Shown here piece after piece: positions 63,141-64,000 of a stretch of 64,000 nucleotides of DNA. The notes under the pieces are model-generated. The model was not told the DNA's origin and did not search any database. It was given only the letters and a program-made list of their open reading frames with translations. The position numbers and the translations under genes are program-made. This DNA is from Ramazzottius varieornatus (Eukaryota; Animalia; Tardigrada), in contig BDGG01000014.1 in the NCBI GenBank assembly GCA_001949185.1, positions 403,378 through 467,377 on the forward strand. Reading direction: 5' to 3'. Every line of letters begins with the position of its first letter. The first letter of the stretch is position 1.

Positions 63141-64000
63141 TCCTGCAAATATGAAATGTTAACCCGTTGGCAAAAGCGGGATTTAGATCCAACTTGTTAG
63201 GGGAAGAAACAGGAAGTGGGAACACAGCTGATTTCCTGCTTAATGTTGGTGTATACTGTAGTTAACTTACAGTATCAGCTGAGTTGTAGTCTGGACGTGG
63301 GCACTTTACAAGTCGACGATGAACCGCACAGTACAGACAGTGCAACGAAAAGCCCGGCATAATGGGCAGGTACACAGGCTAGGTTGTTTGATGATAGTGG
63401 AAAATCAGATTTAGCTACTGCGTATAGCGTGCCCTGGTTTTCCTGTCATCTGACTTATTGCGTAGAACTTCCGGTATGAAGGGGCGAATTTAGCCATTTG
63501 TACGCATACGAAACTGCAAAACTCCGCACCAGAAAGCCATGTACTCAGACAAGATCTTGTCCACAAGTCCGCTGGCAGTTTTGCCGCTATGGTGCCCGAA
63601 GGGGTAAAAGACCTGTTTAGTCAAGGGAAAGTAGAGAAACTCAACCAATTTCTCCAGACCAACTTGACTGCTTAGTTCAACATGAAAAGTAATATTTGTA
63701 GCCATTACAGCATCATGCGTTTGTAAAAACTGCGGGTGTGTCTTGTGATTAAAAGTTTGATAGCGGGTCCTGACACCACCTCATAACTTTTGCAAATTTT
63801 CCAGCTTTTTTCAAACATGCAGCTATCATTAAGTATCTTTCGCATCCTCTGTTTTCCTGGCGTCGGATTGTCTCAAGTCTCAATTTTACCAAAGATAGTC
63901 CAGATAGATTCCCCACAAACCCACAGCATCGACCCGATGTCTCTTCCTTTGCCCCTTATTACCAACAGCGCGAAACACAAGAGTCAAGAAATCCGCCAGC

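Noticed and set aside
1-64000. CRISPR array, prokaryotic operon or defence system
   Set aside because: The sequence is intron-containing animal DNA. I saw no regularly spaced identical repeats with unique spacers and no cas-like genes; the repeats are TIR/hairpin types.

Overview
Eukaryotic (animal) genomic DNA: ~47% GC, short GT-AG introns, many TA-flanked MITEs, one 50-N assembly gap. The gene set (plant-type cytosolic UGTs, a fungal-type Amt, a truncated natriuretic-receptor-like gene, a gustatory-receptor-like gene) and compact introns suggest a tardigrade such as Ramazzottius; this is an inference. The left ~41 kb is repeat-rich and accessory-like: two UDP-glycosyltransferases, an NPR-C-like receptor, a meteorin-like gene, a GR-like receptor, neurensin, orphan genes and decayed TEs. 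The right ~22 kb is gene-dense: G-alpha-o, RNASEH2C, a secreted disordered protein, an STPG/ODF3-like gene, a chromodomain gene, eIF2-beta, Amt/MEP, mitochondrial ArgRS, SPATA1-like and TMEM86/YhhN. The most notable finding is not visible in the ORF track. Manual splicing of 16123-18714 (minus) gives a signal-peptide-bearing, N-glycosylation-rich protein with two tandem, highly divergent globin domains. Each keeps the ancestral B12.2 and G7.0 globin introns and they share a third E-helix intron. This copy carries nonsense and frameshift lesions. Other leads: a mitochondrial ArgRS that appears to lack its N-terminal tRNA D-loop-binding domain, HGT candidates (Amt, UGTs), a G-alpha-o lacking the pertussis-toxin Cys, an intron-restricted hairpin family and a long foldback. 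All gene models were spliced and translated by eye; no database searches were run.
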